Below are positions 62,801 to 64,000 of a stretch of 64,000 nucleotides of DNA, one piece after another; the first letter of the stretch is position 1; each line of letters opens with the position of its first letter. Both the position numbers and the translations under genes were made by a program. The stretch covers positions 1 to 64,000 of the forward strand of contig JAUCBJ010008006.1 of NCBI GenBank assembly GCA_032718475.1, read 5' to 3'. Source of the stretch: Nemertoderma westbladi (lineage: Eukaryota; Animalia; Xenacoelomorpha). Below the pieces are notes generated by a model. The model had not been told where the DNA came from. It was given only the letters and a program-made list of their open reading frames with translations, and ran no database searches.

Positions 62801-63610
62801 GTAGTGATAATAGTGTTTTGTCATAGAGTTCTACCAGTTGGTCAACGTCATGCGGTAGTGGGTTTACACATAATGCTGATGTTTCGATATCTGAGATCAA
62901 GTTGCCCATGTTTATACGGCTCAGTTTCCTGTGCGAAATAATCTTTTTTACCGCAATAGGTTTTGGTAGTGATATATCAAAACATATTAAGTAGTGATCC
63001 GAGATACCGATGTCACACACCCGTATATCCTTAATTATATCGATATCGTCTTTGTGCATCAACACCAAATCTAAAGTGTGTCCTTTGCGGTGTGTTGCCT
63101 CATGTAATAATTGTTCCATGCCAAAACAGTTCACAACATCTAAGAAACTTGCAGATTCCTTATTTGTTGAATCATCCACCCAGAAGTTAAAATCTCCCAT
63201 AATAATTAATTTCCCCGTTGCCACCATAAGTTGTTGCAGTAGATCACTAAATTCCTCAAGGAACATCGATGTATTTAGTTTGTTTACTGTTGAGGGATAA
63301 GTACGGTACAGAATTAACAGGCGGAAGTAGGCACCAAGGTGCGTTAGTGTCAATTCAATATATTCGAAAGATCGATATGTAGCTCGTACGATCTTGAATG
63401 GTTCCATATCCAAACTGCCCTTGTAAGCGCAGCCAACTCCACCACCTGATGTCCATGTTCTGGGTTCGTGTGCGAATTTAAATCCAGCAGGGCACGTTTC
63501 CTCCACGACAGAGTCATCCTCATCCTTGCCTGTCAGCCATGTCTCCGTAAGAGCAAGTATGTCAATATTCAAGTCGACTATATAATCCTTAATTATTGCA
63601 GCCTTATTAT
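59822..63610 (-). mobile_element. L2/CR1-group LINE, 5'-truncated within the start of ORF2, with an intact 3' tail
   Basis: 3' end cagcgcc...ggcgctatataaataaat followed by (tat)n on the minus strand, typical of L2 tails; ORF2 lies upstream. Confidence 0.9.
60396..63572 (-). CDS. LINE ORF2: APE endonuclease plus reverse transcriptase
   Basis: LALTETWL, GGGVG, MGDFN, TLDLVL, ISDH (APE); FRPVSNL, QSAYR, DLSAAFDTV, GLPQGSVLGPILF, YADDTQLY (RT). No internal stops. Confidence 0.93.
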   Translation of the reverse strand: MNIDILALTETWLTGKDEDDSVVEETCPAGFKFAHEPRTWTSGGGVGCAYKGSLDMEPFKIVRATYRSFEYIELTLTHLGAYFRLLILYRTYPSTVNKLNTSMFLEEFSDLLQQLMVATGKLIIMGDFNFWVDDSTNKESASFLDVVNCFGMEQLLHEATHRKGHTLDLVLMHKDDIDIIKDIRVCDIGISDHYLICFDISLPKPIAVKKIISHRKLSRINMGNLISDIETSALCVNPLPHDVDQLVELYDKTLLSLLDRHAPLVTKTVIERPMAPWYTESIANEKRTRRRLERKYRTTKLHVDLLEYRNQCYKVAAAISTAKEQYYSGIIKNNSEDLKTLFKVVNKVLHRGNKVILPRHNSELELANRFVNYFDNKIKSIRDGLNHNGTSSGTPSGTPPTPSGTPPSPSGVLPAPSGVPPPTPCGSPPRPSGTPPTPSGTPPSPSGVLPAPSGVPTPTPCGSPPRPSGTPPAPSGTPQGPSGTPPTSSWAPLAPTRVPPAPSGAPSGTPPAPSGKPPGVPPAPSGTPPAPVLHKFCDVTSDGVEKLISDSKSKSSPRDPIPTSILKMSLKPLLMVITLIINLSLRTGTVASRFKEAILTPILKKLRLDPEILNHFRPVSNLLYISKLTEKVVVEQLKHHMNLNGLHEPYQSAYRPLHGTETALLSVADTVLRGIDDGSVCLFITLDLSAAFDTVEHSKLLQILKHDIGIDGVALKWFVSYLSERSQQVRIGNTYSIAKHLRYGLPQGSVLGPILFTVYTRSLSAVIKRHGLHCHFYADDTQLYLIFKPIELNSAVKVTESCLVDVLEWMDKNYLKMNSDKTKVLLLQSRFGIQQDPPVLTIGSDIISCSPNVRNIGFELDSQLTMCKQIGITVREAFFHLRNLSKIKRYVNKQNMEILIHALVTSKLDANNSLYYGLPKKSIQKLQYVQNSAARLLCGVKKRDHITPTLKALHWLPIVRRIDFKIALLTWKCVNNCAPKYLSDLLTPYLPIREMRSSGLGLLVAPRYNTEHYGRRSFSIAAPTVWNALPPAIRESSNVGIFKKRLKTHLYNLEYHVN

Positions 63611-63614
63611 TTAT

Positions 63615-64000
63615 TTACTACATAGTTATTGTTGTTTACAGCCATGTATGTCTCTTGGCCTTGTTATCAATCCTATCCTGTTCACTATTATTTTTTCAGT
63701 AATCGTAAACGCAGTGCCGCTTGGGTTTTCTTGCCATGTGTAAATGCGCCTCCCCCGTGGTGATTTAGCTATCCATTCCGTACAGTTTGCTGTATCATGG
63801 ATTTCCTTTTCATGTATTTGACACTTTACTCTAGGATCATATGGGACGTTTAGTTTACCTTTCTTCTGGTCCTCTCCCCGCGGTCGATATTTAAGGTTAC
63901 TGTTCAAGTTCCTTCCTTGATATCCCAATCTACAGTATATCCTTCATTCTGTATACTGTACTTGCGTATGGAAGTGATTGCTGTTGCTCTGGCATTGAAC
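63615..64000 (-). pseudogene. Old BEL/Pao gag/protease fragment (5' part)
   Basis: KCQIHEKEIHDTANCTEW (BEL gag knuckle-like) followed by a degenerate protease-like SGTAFTITEKIIVNRIGL. Confidence 0.55.

Overview
AT-rich animal (probably invertebrate bilaterian) genomic DNA, dominated by repeats; no prokaryotic features. Host genes: the 3' exons of a + strand gene (1246-13250; PPxY-containing tail) and a 5-exon - strand gene (57107-43220, ~1785 aa, acidic N-half, six C2HC zinc fingers plus an AT-hook). Centrepiece: a young, very large (18.3 kb) BEL/Pao LTR retrotransposon (18219-36515; 1167-bp LTRs, GAATG TSD). Its gag-pol is broken, but it carries an intact 1295-aa extra ORF with a DEDDy/RNase D-WRN-like 3'-5' exonuclease signature and three zinc knuckles. 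It has no tRNA primer-binding site; instead an 11-nt site abutting the LTR is complementary to a sequence inside its own LTR (candidate Tf1-like self-priming). Also present: two copies of a tRNA-promoter-plus-hammerhead-ribozyme element, a 30-bp satellite that amplifies a splice donor ~225 times, four other satellites, a MULE-like foldback, a Harbinger-like MITE, a DINE/HINE-like repeat with CTCF motifs, and an L2 LINE with an in-frame proline-rich insert nested in an older BEL/Pao relic. All calls were made by eye, without database searches.
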